Assembly (NCBI GenBank): GCA_942493105.1
Contig: OW818668.1
Span: 1,200,001 to 1,232,000 of the forward strand
Reading direction: 5' to 3'
Origin: an uncultured Erysipelotrichaceae bacterium
GTDB lineage: Bacteria; Bacillota_I; Bacilli_A; Erysipelotrichales; Erysipelotrichaceae
DNA: 32,000 bases
Below are positions 17,495-25,829 of this stretch, in pieces. Under the pieces are notes generated by a model that was not told the DNA's origin, made no database searches, and worked only from the letters and a program-made list of their open reading frames with translations. The first letter of the stretch is position 1, and each line of letters starts with the position of its first letter. The position numbers were made by a program, and so were the translations under genes.

Positions 17495-18100
17495 ATGACC
17501 TATACTTTACCTAAATTGCCTTACGATGTGGCCTCACTAGAACCCCATATCGATGCGCAAACCATGACCATCCATCATACCAAACACCATCAGGCTTACG
17601 TAGATAACCTCAATGCTGCATTAGATAAGCATCCTGAACTCTATGACGTATCCCTTGAAAAACTGCTTCAAAACCTTTATTCAGTTCCTTCAGACATAAG
17701 AATGGCAGTTACAAATCATGGAGGAGGTCATTATAATCATTCATTATTCTGGAAATTACTGACTCCGCAATATAAAGATCCTTCCGCAAAGTTACTTCAT
17801 TTGATCAATCGTGACTTTGGATCGATGGAAGGTCTCAAGGATAAATTCAATACTGCTGCTAAAACTCGTTTTGGCTCAGGCTGGGCCTGGGTCGTATTGA
17901 CCAAAGAAAATACTTTGAAAGTCACTTCAAGTGCCAATCAAGATGTCCCCTTTGATGAAGGAACTCCTGTTTTAGCACTGGATGTATGGGAACATGCTTA
18001 TTATCTAAAGTATCAAAATAGAAGAGTAGACTACATCAGTGCATTCTGGAACATCATCAATTGGGAAATGGTTGAGAATTTGGTCAACGCTGCGCTATAA
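17495..18100 (+). CDS. sodA: Superoxide dismutase (Mn/Fe family)
   Basis: MTYTLPKLPYDVASLEPHIDAQTMTIHHTKHHQAYV... and a C-terminal DVWEHAYYLKYQNRR motif. Confidence 0.92.
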   Translation: MTYTLPKLPYDVASLEPHIDAQTMTIHHTKHHQAYVDNLNAALDKHPELYDVSLEKLLQNLYSVPSDIRMAVTNHGGGHYNHSLFWKLLTPQYKDPSAKLLHLINRDFGSMEGLKDKFNTAAKTRFGSGWAWVVLTKENTLKVTSSANQDVPFDEGTPVLALDVWEHAYYLKYQNRRVDYISAFWNIINWEMVENLVNAAL

Positions 18101-18107
18101 TAGGTGC

Positions 18108-18761
18108 ATGACAAAAACCAACACCCACAAATACATTCGATTATCTATCGGAGAAGAAATTGGAAACGCAGTCACCCATGGGGTGATGGCGTTTCTTCTT
18201 TTATGGCTCAATCCATATATTGCGATCCATGCTTATCAAAATGGCGGGTATGTCTTAGCGACCAGTAAGATCATCTTTATCATCAGTTTGTTCTTGATGT
18301 TTATGGGATCTTGCTTATACCATTCGATGTCTTATGATACCCCGCACAAACGTGTCTTTCAGATCTTGGATCATATTTTTATTTATGTTGCCATAGCGGG
18401 ATCGTATACGCCGGTTGCGATGAGTATCGTTGGGGGCTGGTGGGGCATCTTGATCATGGTGATCCAGTGGGGCATGGTCCTTGCGGGGATCTTATATAAA
18501 TCCATCTCAAGACATTCAGTTCCTAAAGTGTCGGTTACGATTTATCTGGTCATGGGTTGGACAGCCGTCTTATTTATGCCCATCATCATCCAAAAAGCTT
18601 CACCTTGGTTTATTTTCTTCATTGCCTTTGGGGGTATCTTATATAGTGCCGGTGCCTGGTTTTATTCAAAGAAAGAACGGCCTTATTTTCACTTCATCTG
18701 GCACTTATTTGTCAACTTTGCGGCCATTGCTCATTTTATCGCCATTGTCTTTTTCATCTAA
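18108..18761 (+). CDS. Hemolysin-III / PAQR family membrane protein
   Basis: ORF track 18039..18761. ATG 18108 lies 7 nt after the sodA stop (MTKTNTHKYIRLSIGEEIGNAVTHG...). Seven TM segments, with LYHS, DHIFIY, GW...AG and FHFIWHLFV motifs. Confidence 0.8.
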   Translation: MTKTNTHKYIRLSIGEEIGNAVTHGVMAFLLLWLNPYIAIHAYQNGGYVLATSKIIFIISLFLMFMGSCLYHSMSYDTPHKRVFQILDHIFIYVAIAGSYTPVAMSIVGGWWGILIMVIQWGMVLAGILYKSISRHSVPKVSVTIYLVMGWTAVLFMPIIIQKASPWFIFFIAFGGILYSAGAWFYSKKERPYFHFIWHLFVNFAAIAHFIAIVFFI

Positions 18762-18804
18762 TAGGACTTGTTAATATATCTTAACGAAATCGCCTTGTTT
18801 TCAA

Positions 18805-18813
18805 TGCTATAAT
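18805..18813 (+). promoter_or_regulatory. Extended -10 element (TGcTATAAT) upstream of the MFS gene
   Basis: TGCTATAAT at 18805-18813, 23 nt before ATG 18837, with an AAAGGG SD-like element between. Confidence 0.4.
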
Positions 18814-18836
18814 GAAATTAATTTGAAAGGGTTAAT

Positions 18837-20081
18837 ATGAAACTAACTAAGGTAGAGAGAAGTTGGGTTTTGTATGATGTTGCGAATTCGGCCTTCACTT
18901 TGATGGCGACCGCTACGATTCCAGTTTACTTCAGAGAAGTGTTGGCAAAAGGACTACTTGAACCCTCCGAGATTTCGCGATGGCTCTATATTGGGACTTC
19001 CGTTTCCACCGTCGTCTTGGCTTTTGCTTCGCCTATCCTGGGTGCCATTGGGGATTATCATGGCATGAAGAAAAAAATGTTCATCAGTTTCCTGCTGTTG
19101 GGTTTGATAGGGGGTCTGACCTTTACTGTCACCAGCAATTATATGGCTTTCATGCTGCTGTACATCATGAGCCAAATTGGATACAGTGCCTGTAATATGT
19201 TCTATGATTCCATGCTGGTCGATGTCAGTTCCGATGAACGTATGGATACCATATCTGGATATGGTTATGCCTTTGGGTATGTCGGATCCACGATCCCCTT
19301 CATCATCGGAGTAGCATTGCTTATGCTTCGTGATCAGTTGGGTTTAAGTTTGACCTTAGCCATGCAGTTATCATTCATCGTCACCTTTATTTGGTGGGGA
19401 TCTTGGTCCTTGCCATTGATTAGAAACGTACATCAGACATATTATCTGCCCAAACAGGAACATCTGATCAAAACGGTCTTCGGTCGTATCGGCCGTTTAT
19501 TGAGCAAGATGAAAAAAGACAAACGCTTATTCTACTTTGTCTTAGCTTACTTCTTGTATATCGAAGGCGTCTATACGATCATTTCTTCTGCCACTACCTT
19601 TGGTGGTGAAGTCGGCATCGATTCGACAGCCATGATTTTGGCCTTGTTGCTGACGCAGTTTGTAGCTTTCCCGTTTGCGATTCTGGCTGGTCCGCTGGCA
19701 AAGAAATTCGGATCGCTGATTATGATCCGCTTTTATATCCTGATTTATGCTTTCGTTTGTATCTTGGGTTATCAGCTTTCGACCGCAACAGAATTCTGGA
19801 CTTTGGCTGTCATCGTTGGCTTGGCTCAAGGTGGCATTCAATCCTTATCGAGAAGTTACTTCGGTCAGATCGTGCCTAAAAACGAATCCAATGAATACTT
19901 TGGTTTCTTAGATATCTTTGGGAAATTCGCCAACTTGGTTGGTCCAGCTGTCTTGACCATTTCAACCTTGATTTTTGATACCAGTCGTCCTGGTATCCTG
20001 TTTCTGATCATGTTCTTCGTATTTGGTTTCATCCTGGTCTCCATGGTAGCCAAACTCGATAAACAAGCACAAAAAAATTAA
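18837..20081 (+). CDS. MFS transporter (UMF1/Atg22-like type)
   Basis: 414 aa with about 12 TM segments. The N-terminus MKLTKVERSWVLYDVANSAFTL... is typical of the UMF1 subfamily as I recall it. Confidence 0.7.
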   Translation: MKLTKVERSWVLYDVANSAFTLMATATIPVYFREVLAKGLLEPSEISRWLYIGTSVSTVVLAFASPILGAIGDYHGMKKKMFISFLLLGLIGGLTFTVTSNYMAFMLLYIMSQIGYSACNMFYDSMLVDVSSDERMDTISGYGYAFGYVGSTIPFIIGVALLMLRDQLGLSLTLAMQLSFIVTFIWWGSWSLPLIRNVHQTYYLPKQEHLIKTVFGRIGRLLSKMKKDKRLFYFVLAYFLYIEGVYTIISSATTFGGEVGIDSTAMILALLLTQFVAFPFAILAGPLAKKFGSLIMIRFYILIYAFVCILGYQLSTATEFWTLAVIVGLAQGGIQSLSRSYFGQIVPKNESNEYFGFLDIFGKFANLVGPAVLTISTLIFDTSRPGILFLIMFFVFGFILVSMVAKLDKQAQKN

Positions 20082-20090
20082 ATCAACATT

Positions 20091-20122
20091 AAAACATCTT
20101 GCTTACGCAAGGTGTTTTATTT
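20091..20122 (+). terminator. Intrinsic terminator after the MFS gene
   Basis: AAAACATCTTGC (20091-20102) / GCAAGGTGTTTT (20107-20118), with one G-U pair and loop TTAC. Confidence 0.75.
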
Positions 20123-20150
20123 ATGATGAAAAAAAGGAAAAGGGACACCT

Positions 20151-20834
20151 ATGAACTTTCTGCCATTGTATGTGATTGGGGCAATCCTGATCGGGTATGT
20201 CTTACTTCAGTCGATCTTATTCTATCGGAAAGCCTATCAAAGAGGTTTAGAGTTAGGGATGAGTAAACAGGCACTCAATGAAACAACGAGAAGTTCTGCG
20301 ATCTTTTCAATCGTACCTTCGATTCCCATTCTAATTGGACTGATTACGATGATTCCTTTATTTGGAGATGCTGCGATCCCTTGGATCAGATTAAGTGTTT
20401 TAGGTTCGGTGAGCTATGAAACGTATGCAGCATTGGCCATTAAGAATGCGGCTGGGATCACGACCTTGCTTGAAGATATGCAGGTATATTCCTCTGCGAT
20501 ATGGACCATGACCTTATCCATCATGAGTGGGATGATCATTCTTATTTTCTTCTACCAAAGTTACACCAAGAAACTTCAAGAAATTCGCTTAAAAGATTCG
20601 CGTTGGTCAGCCGTTTTGATATCTGCGATGTTTATGGGTTTGGTAGGAACCATAGGGGCTCAACAAATCGTTTTAGGAGGCTATAACTTGATCGCATTGT
20701 TGATCAGTATGGGCATCATGGCAGTTCTTGGCGCATTATCTTTTAAATTTAAGTGGCTGGAAGAATTTGCTTTACCGGTATCCATCTTAGGCACCTTAAC
20801 GGCCCTTTACTTTTTGATTGGGAGCGTCTCATGA
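20151..20834 (+). CDS. Polytopic membrane protein of unknown function (possibly DUF5058-type; from memory, unverified)
   Basis: 227 aa with about 6 TM segments. SD GGAAAAGGGA precedes ATG 20151. Its stop overlaps the next start (ATGA). Confidence 0.6.
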   Translation: MNFLPLYVIGAILIGYVLLQSILFYRKAYQRGLELGMSKQALNETTRSSAIFSIVPSIPILIGLITMIPLFGDAAIPWIRLSVLGSVSYETYAALAIKNAAGITTLLEDMQVYSSAIWTMTLSIMSGMIILIFFYQSYTKKLQEIRLKDSRWSAVLISAMFMGLVGTIGAQQIVLGGYNLIALLISMGIMAVLGALSFKFKWLEEFALPVSILGTLTALYFLIGSVS

Positions 20835-21490
20835 ATCAAGATCAATACATCCAAGGCATCCATAAAGCAGGTAAACGCTTTGTGATCATCTCAGCTCTTT
20901 TAATGATCGCAGTACCTTTAACGTTTAGTATTGCCTATAATGCTTGGCCAACTGTTGATTTGATGATCAAAGGCTTCTTATCGGTCGGTGCGATCTATAT
21001 TCCAATCGCCATCATTGAAACCTATAACTATGCCCCAATGATGGGCATAGGAGCGACTTATCTTTCAAACATCACTGGTAATATTGCCAATATGAAATTA
21101 CCGGCAGCTCTAACGGCCATTCGTTTAGCGAAGGTTGAATCAGGCAGTGATGAAGCTGAAATCGTCGCAACTTTAGCAGTGGCTACTTCTTCGATCGTAA
21201 CCACCCTCATCATCATTATTGGTTTAGTTGTCTTGCTTCCATATTTAGAAACCATCAAAGATTTCTTGGGACCAGTAACAGATTATCTTGTACCTGCGAT
21301 ATTTGGAGCCTTAGGTGTTGTTTTTGTGGTTCGCAATTGGAAATTGACCATTGCGCCACTGGTGGTCATGTTGTTTCTATTTGCCTTTGTGATCACCAGT
21401 CCAAGTATTCAGCCGGCTTTGGTTCCTGTCGCTTCACTCATATCGATCGGTGTTGCACGTATCCTCTTTAAGAAAGGTTGGGTCAAATGA
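20831..21490 (+). CDS. Polytopic membrane protein of unknown function, partner of the preceding gene
   Basis: ORF track 20753..21490. ATG 20831 forms an ATGA overlap with the upstream stop (MNQDQYIQGIHKAGKRFVIISALL...). About 6 TM segments. No family recognised. Confidence 0.6.
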   Translation: MNQDQYIQGIHKAGKRFVIISALLMIAVPLTFSIAYNAWPTVDLMIKGFLSVGAIYIPIAIIETYNYAPMMGIGATYLSNITGNIANMKLPAALTAIRLAKVESGSDEAEIVATLAVATSSIVTTLIIIIGLVVLLPYLETIKDFLGPVTDYLVPAIFGALGVVFVVRNWKLTIAPLVVMLFLFAFVITSPSIQPALVPVASLISIGVARILFKKGWVK

Positions 21491-22830
21491 TGAAAACAGA
21501 AACAGCTTTACAGCATCTACAAAAAGCCATACAGTGTGAAACAGTATCTTATGCGGATCGTTCACGCATCAACTTCAAGGAATTTGATAAGTTCATCGAT
21601 TTTCTTAAACACAGTTATCCCTTATTACACAAGAAAGCAAGCTTAGAACTGGTTGGTAAATATGCGCTTGTCTATAAGATAAAAGGCACAAGCAACTTAG
21701 ATCCCATCGCACTGATGGGTCATTATGATGTGGTCCCGGTGAAAGCTGAAGGATGGAAGTTTCCTCCTTTTAAAGGAGAAATCAGTGATGGTTATATCTA
21801 TGGAAGAGGCACTTTAGATATGAAAGGCCATGTGGTTGCGGTATGTGAAGCTGTGGAGGCTTGTTTATCTGAAGGGATCGTTTTTGAAAGAGATGTGTAT
21901 CTCTTATTTGGACACAATGAAGAAACAGGATCAGCCATGATTGATTCTGGAGCACGTTTGACTTGTGAACTTTTAAAACAAAGAGGCGCACATTTTTATA
22001 TGGTTTTGGATGAAGGTGGAGCTTTCATCAATGGGTTAGCCATGGGCGTTGATTCAACCTTAGCACTGGTTGGGGTCGGTGAAAAAGGTTATCTCGATGT
22101 GGAATTAAGTGCAACTCAAAATGGAGGTCATGCGTCAACCCCACCACACACCAGCGCCCTTTATGATGTCGCACAAGCAGCAATGAAGATGGAGTCGCAT
22201 AAATTCCAGGCTGATTTTAATCCAGCGACTGAAGCAATGTTTAAGGCGCTTATCCCATACATGAGACAACCATTAAAGTTCTTGTTTAAAAACAGACAGC
22301 TGTTTAAACCAATCCTATTATTGGCACTGGTCAAAAGTCCTGAAACAGCTGCAACCGTTAGAACAACTTCTGTCATGACCATGGCTTCAGGATCTTCTGC
22401 CCCTAATGTATTGGCTCAAGAAGCCAAGATCAACATCAATTGTCGAATCGTACCTGGAGATTCCATTGAGAAAACGATGAGACGCATAGAACTCAGAGTC
22501 GGTCCTAAAATCAAAGTCAGTTCACAAAACGGGACTCAACCCACAGACATCTGCAGATCTGATATTCCTCAGTTTGAGATCGTCAGTAATGCACTAAAAA
22601 CGGTTTATCCTGAACTAAAAGTGGTTGCCCCATATTTGATGGTTGCGGCAACCGATAGCCGTGTGTATCACGGAATGGCAGATGCGGTGTATCGTATCCC
22701 ACCCTTTAGTTCAGTAAAAGATGATCGGGCTACGATCCATGCGGATAACGAAAGACTCAGCATCGACTCTTATATGAAAGGCATCGAATTCTTCAAACAA
22801 ATTTTGCTTCAAGCAACAAAAACAAAGTAA
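21487..22830 (+). CDS. M20/M25/M40 family metallopeptidase (carboxypeptidase/amidohydrolase type)
   Basis: ORF track 21478..22830. ATG 21487 forms an ATGA overlap. Contains MGHYDVVP, GRGTLDMKG and GHNEETGS metal-ligand motifs plus a dimerisation-domain insert. No signal peptide. Confidence 0.85.
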   Translation: MMKTETALQHLQKAIQCETVSYADRSRINFKEFDKFIDFLKHSYPLLHKKASLELVGKYALVYKIKGTSNLDPIALMGHYDVVPVKAEGWKFPPFKGEISDGYIYGRGTLDMKGHVVAVCEAVEACLSEGIVFERDVYLLFGHNEETGSAMIDSGARLTCELLKQRGAHFYMVLDEGGAFINGLAMGVDSTLALVGVGEKGYLDVELSATQNGGHASTPPHTSALYDVAQAAMKMESHKFQADFNPATEAMFKALIPYMRQPLKFLFKNRQLFKPILLLALVKSPETAATVRTTSVMTMASGSSAPNVLAQEAKININCRIVPGDSIEKTMRRIELRVGPKIKVSSQNGTQPTDICRSDIPQFEIVSNALKTVYPELKVVAPYLMVAATDSRVYHGMADAVYRIPPFSSVKDDRATIHADNERLSIDSYMKGIEFFKQILLQATKTK

Positions 22831-22855
22831 AAACCTGCGTCAGCAGGTTTTGGTT
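22829..22855. terminator. Bidirectional terminator between the convergent M20 and M3 peptidase genes
   Basis: AAACCTGC (22831-22838) / GCAGGTTT (22843-22850) with loop GTCA, flanked by A-rich and T-rich sequence. Confidence 0.75.
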
Positions 22856-24549
22856 TATAAGGATGAATCTGAGATCGCATCTAAGGTTTGTTCAACCAAA
22901 GAAGTGACAGAAGCCACACAACCTTCCTCAAAAGGAGATTTTAGATGGGCAAGTTCGATCAGTTCTAAGAAAGATTTGGTACCTCCGACTTTACACAGAT
23001 TGAGATAATCATTCCACATCTGTGGATCTTGATCCTGAGCCCGTTTGAAGAACTGCAGTGCACAAATTTGCGCAAGGGTATAGTCGATGTAGTAGAAAGG
23101 TGAACCAAACACATGACCTTGCTGGAACCAATAACCTCCTCTTTCTAAAAAATCATTGCCGGCATAATCTTTATGCGGCAGATACTGTTTTTCTAGGTTT
23201 CTAAAAGCTGTTTTTCTTTCTTGGGGAGTCCATAAAGGGTTGGCATAAACTTCATGCTGGAAATGATCGATCAAGACCCCATAAGGCATAAAGGTCATTG
23301 CTGAAGATAAATGACTGAATTTAAACTTATCTGTATCTTTCCCAAAGAATTGATCCATCCAAGGCCAGGTGATGAATTCCATACTCATCGAGTGGATTTC
23401 AGCGGATTCATAGGTGGGGAAAGCACATTCAGGGATATCGACCCAACGTGACATATAGGCTTGGAAAGCGTGACCTGCTTCATGGGTCAAGACTTCAACG
23501 TCGCCTTGGGTGCCATTAAAATTAGAGAAAATGAAAGGGGATTGATGATCACTGATGTAGGTACAATATCCACCGGATTCTTTGCCTTTTTTAGCGACCA
23601 GATCCAACAGATCCCGATCGATCATAAAATCAATGAACTCTGCAGTTTCTTGGGACAATTGATGATACATCTTTTGACCTGAGGCAATGATTTCTTCAGG
23701 TGTTCCAATCGGTTTTGGATTTCCGCTGATGAATTCATAAGCCAAATCATAATAATATAAATGATCCAAACCTAGACGTTTGGCCTGTCTTTTCATGAGT
23801 TTTTGTACTAAAGGAACGATATCTGATAAGACTTGTTTTCTAAATACAGATACCATTTGGGCATTATAATCAAGCCGATTCATTCGGATATAACCCAGTT
23901 CGATGAAATCTTTATAGCCTAATTTACGTGCGATCTGATCTCTTAATTTGACCATCTTATCGTAGATCTCATCGATTTCTGCTTCATGGTTTTTAAAGAA
24001 ATCAGCTTTGGCCAACCATGCATCTTCTCTAGTTTTACGATCTGGATTTAAAGTATAGGGATACAATTGAGCCAAAGTCAAGGTTTCACCTTTAAAGTCG
24101 ATTTGAGCAGAGGCGATCAATTTCCCATAGGCACTGCGCAGTTTATTTTCTTCTTGAAGATCAGGAATGATGATTGGATCAAAAGCCTTAAGGGCATTAT
24201 CAGCCATCTGAAAGAAAGTCTTAGGAATATATGCTTCAAGTTCATTTCTGAATCGTGATGCCAAAACAGCCTTGTATAAAAGGGTATCGAGTTCAGCATA
24301 CATCGGATTCTGATTGTCCCAATAATCATTCTCAGCTTCATAGAAAGCATCGGTGGTATCGATGGAGTGACGGATGGAACTTAAGGTGCTCATGGAGGTC
24401 CAGTTTAAACGATAAGCGTTGATCTTTTTAAAAGTATCCAACTGAACCAAAGGGTTTGGTGCTTGTTCAAAAAGTTTAAGTAAATGTTCGAATTCAGTTT
24501 TGATATGATCAAAGTAGGGTCTGATGTAGGCATAGTCTTTAAATTTCAT
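22855..24549 (-). CDS. M3-family oligoendopeptidase (PepF-like)
   Basis: ORF track 22855..24573. ATG 24549 follows AAGGAGA (MKFKDYAYIRPYF...). Zinc motif HEAGHAFQ with a downstream E. About 564 aa. Confidence 0.85.
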   Translation of the reverse strand: MKFKDYAYIRPYFDHIKTEFEHLLKLFEQAPNPLVQLDTFKKINAYRLNWTSMSTLSSIRHSIDTTDAFYEAENDYWDNQNPMYAELDTLLYKAVLASRFRNELEAYIPKTFFQMADNALKAFDPIIIPDLQEENKLRSAYGKLIASAQIDFKGETLTLAQLYPYTLNPDRKTREDAWLAKADFFKNHEAEIDEIYDKMVKLRDQIARKLGYKDFIELGYIRMNRLDYNAQMVSVFRKQVLSDIVPLVQKLMKRQAKRLGLDHLYYYDLAYEFISGNPKPIGTPEEIIASGQKMYHQLSQETAEFIDFMIDRDLLDLVAKKGKESGGYCTYISDHQSPFIFSNFNGTQGDVEVLTHEAGHAFQAYMSRWVDIPECAFPTYESAEIHSMSMEFITWPWMDQFFGKDTDKFKFSHLSSAMTFMPYGVLIDHFQHEVYANPLWTPQERKTAFRNLEKQYLPHKDYAGNDFLERGGYWFQQGHVFGSPFYYIDYTLAQICALQFFKRAQDQDPQMWNDYLNLCKVGGTKSFLELIELAHLKSPFEEGCVASVTSLVEQTLDAISDSSL

Positions 24550-24583
24550 AATTGTCTCCTTGAAACATCCCATTGAGGGACTG

Positions 24584-24592
24584 TGCTATAAT
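24584..24592 (+). promoter_or_regulatory. Extended -10 element (TGcTATAAT) 9 nt upstream of ATG 24602
   Basis: TGCTATAAT at 24584-24592. There is no SD between it and ATG 24602, which implies a leaderless or near-leaderless mRNA. Confidence 0.45.
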
Positions 24593-24601
24593 CATTGTAG
24601 C

Positions 24602-25567
24602 ATGAGCCACCTTCAAAACAGATTGAAACCCATCCAACTTAGATTTTTGACCTTTCTAGTTATCTTCAGCCTTCTTTTAACGGGCTGTGCTTTGTTTCCA
24701 CAGAAATTCAAAGAAGTTGTAAAAGATTATAAGCCAAATCATACGTATTATAAACCTGAACTCATCGTACAAACACTCTCACAGCCTTTGTATGTTAAAG
24801 AAAAAGTTGTTTATCGCGTGGATTCAGAAATGGAATTGGCTGTCTTAGCCATGATCCTTTTTGAAGAAGGCACGTTTCAGATCTATTTCGAAGATCGCGA
24901 TTTTTCAATCGATCGTACTTATGCATATCTAGAATCTTTGATGATTCATGCGTTTAGATTCAGTATGGGAACCAAGACTTATACACAAGGCGATGAAACC
25001 GTTAAAACGTTAGATTATGTCAAAATCGAACTCTATAATGATCGAATGGGCCAAGTCGATACAGCCATTGATACGTTCATTGACAGCAAAATCAATTCAT
25101 CTGATTCACCTGAAAAAATACTAAGAGACATTCATGATGGTTTGATCCTGACCACAAAATATGACACGGCTATTTTAGAGCTGGATTTGACCAATATTGT
25201 AGATCATACGCCGTTTGAAGCCTATGGGCTGTTTGTAGAGCACAAAGCTGTTTGCAGTGGCTACGCCAAAGCATTTGTGGGAGTTGCCAAAGAGATGAAC
25301 ATTCCTGTTTTGACAGTATCCAGTACTAAAATGAATCATGCGTGGAATTTGGTCTATGTCAATGATGCATGGCTCTATATCGATGTCACCTTTGATGACC
25401 CAGTCCCTGATAAAGCAGGACGAGTTGTAGACACTTACTTCTTATTGACCTACAACAAGATCACCAAAGCCTCTTTTACGATCAAAGCCCATGAGTTTGA
25501 CGTGGCCTCTGAGACGACCTTGACTGCAGACCAATATTTAGAATTTGCCCAATATGTTTTCAACTAA
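24602..25567 (+). CDS. Transglutaminase-like (Cys-His-Asp) lipoprotein
   Basis: ORF track 24560..25567. I prefer ATG 24602 (MSHLQNRLKPIQLRFLTFLVIFSLLLTGC, lipobox LTGC). The core HKAVCSGYAKAF...NHAWNLVY...YIDVTFDD matches the transglutaminase-like cysteine-protease fold. Confidence 0.75.
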   Translation: MSHLQNRLKPIQLRFLTFLVIFSLLLTGCALFPQKFKEVVKDYKPNHTYYKPELIVQTLSQPLYVKEKVVYRVDSEMELAVLAMILFEEGTFQIYFEDRDFSIDRTYAYLESLMIHAFRFSMGTKTYTQGDETVKTLDYVKIELYNDRMGQVDTAIDTFIDSKINSSDSPEKILRDIHDGLILTTKYDTAILELDLTNIVDHTPFEAYGLFVEHKAVCSGYAKAFVGVAKEMNIPVLTVSSTKMNHAWNLVYVNDAWLYIDVTFDDPVPDKAGRVVDTYFLLTYNKITKASFTIKAHEFDVASETTLTADQYLEFAQYVFN

Positions 25568-25622
25568 AAATAGCTTAGTGTACAATTTAAACCAAATAGT
25601 GACAAAATTTAAATCTAACGAC

Positions 25623-25650
25623 TTGTATTTTGGCAACAATAGATTACAAT
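25623..25650 (+). promoter_or_regulatory. Putative promoter of the leader / ankyrin / EF-G-paralog operon
   Basis: TTGTAT (25623-25628), 16-nt spacer, TACAAT (25645-25650). Confidence 0.4.
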
Positions 25651-25684
25651 GAAAGTAACGAACAAAGAACAGTGAGGTATCAGG

Positions 25685-25777
25685 ATGAGCAGAAGTTTTC
25701 TTGTCCAATTTGAGACACCAATTGTAACAGAGACACCTGTCTTTGTTGTCGTGAATAAGACTAAATTTGCCTTTTAA
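25685..25777 (+). CDS. 30-codon leader ORF (putative regulatory leader peptide)
   Basis: GAGG (25674-25677) lies 7 nt before ATG 25685. Peptide MSRSFLVQFETPIVTETPVFVVVNKTKFAF*. The TAA (25775-25777) overlaps the first bases of the terminator stem. Confidence 0.5.
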   Translation: MSRSFLVQFETPIVTETPVFVVVNKTKFAF

Positions 25778-25810
25778 GATGGACTTAACACGTTCATCTT
25801 TTTTATTGTT
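25776..25810 (+). terminator. Intrinsic terminator acting as an attenuator in the 5' leader of the ankyrin/EF-G-paralog operon
   Basis: AAGATGGAC (25776-25784) / GTTCATCTT (25792-25800): 9 bp including one G-U, with a 7-nt loop, followed by TTTTATTGTTT. Located 20 nt upstream of the AGGAGGA SD of the ankyrin gene. Confidence 0.65.
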
Positions 25811-25829
25811 TGAACACAGGAGGACAACA

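Noticed and set aside
18100-18108. sodA and hemolysin-III co-transcription as a functional oxidative-stress pairing
   Set aside because: The 7-nt spacing suggests an operon. However, both are common housekeeping families, and I see no sequence feature beyond adjacency that would support a specific link.
25745-25753. Val-rich leader (VFVVV; GTT GTC GTG run) acting as a classical amino-acid (Val) attenuator
   Set aside because: A ribosome stalled on these codons would end about 8 nt short of the terminator 5' arm. I could not find a convincing antiterminator pairing that such a stall would favour. The downstream genes are not amino-acid biosynthetic.
25767-25829. Upstream extension of the ankyrin ORF (track start 25767, MPFKMDLTRSSFLLFEHRRTT...)
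   Set aside because: The extension runs through the terminator hairpin and T-run and has no SD. ATG 25830 sits 5 nt after a perfect AGGAGGA, and the repeat architecture begins right after it.
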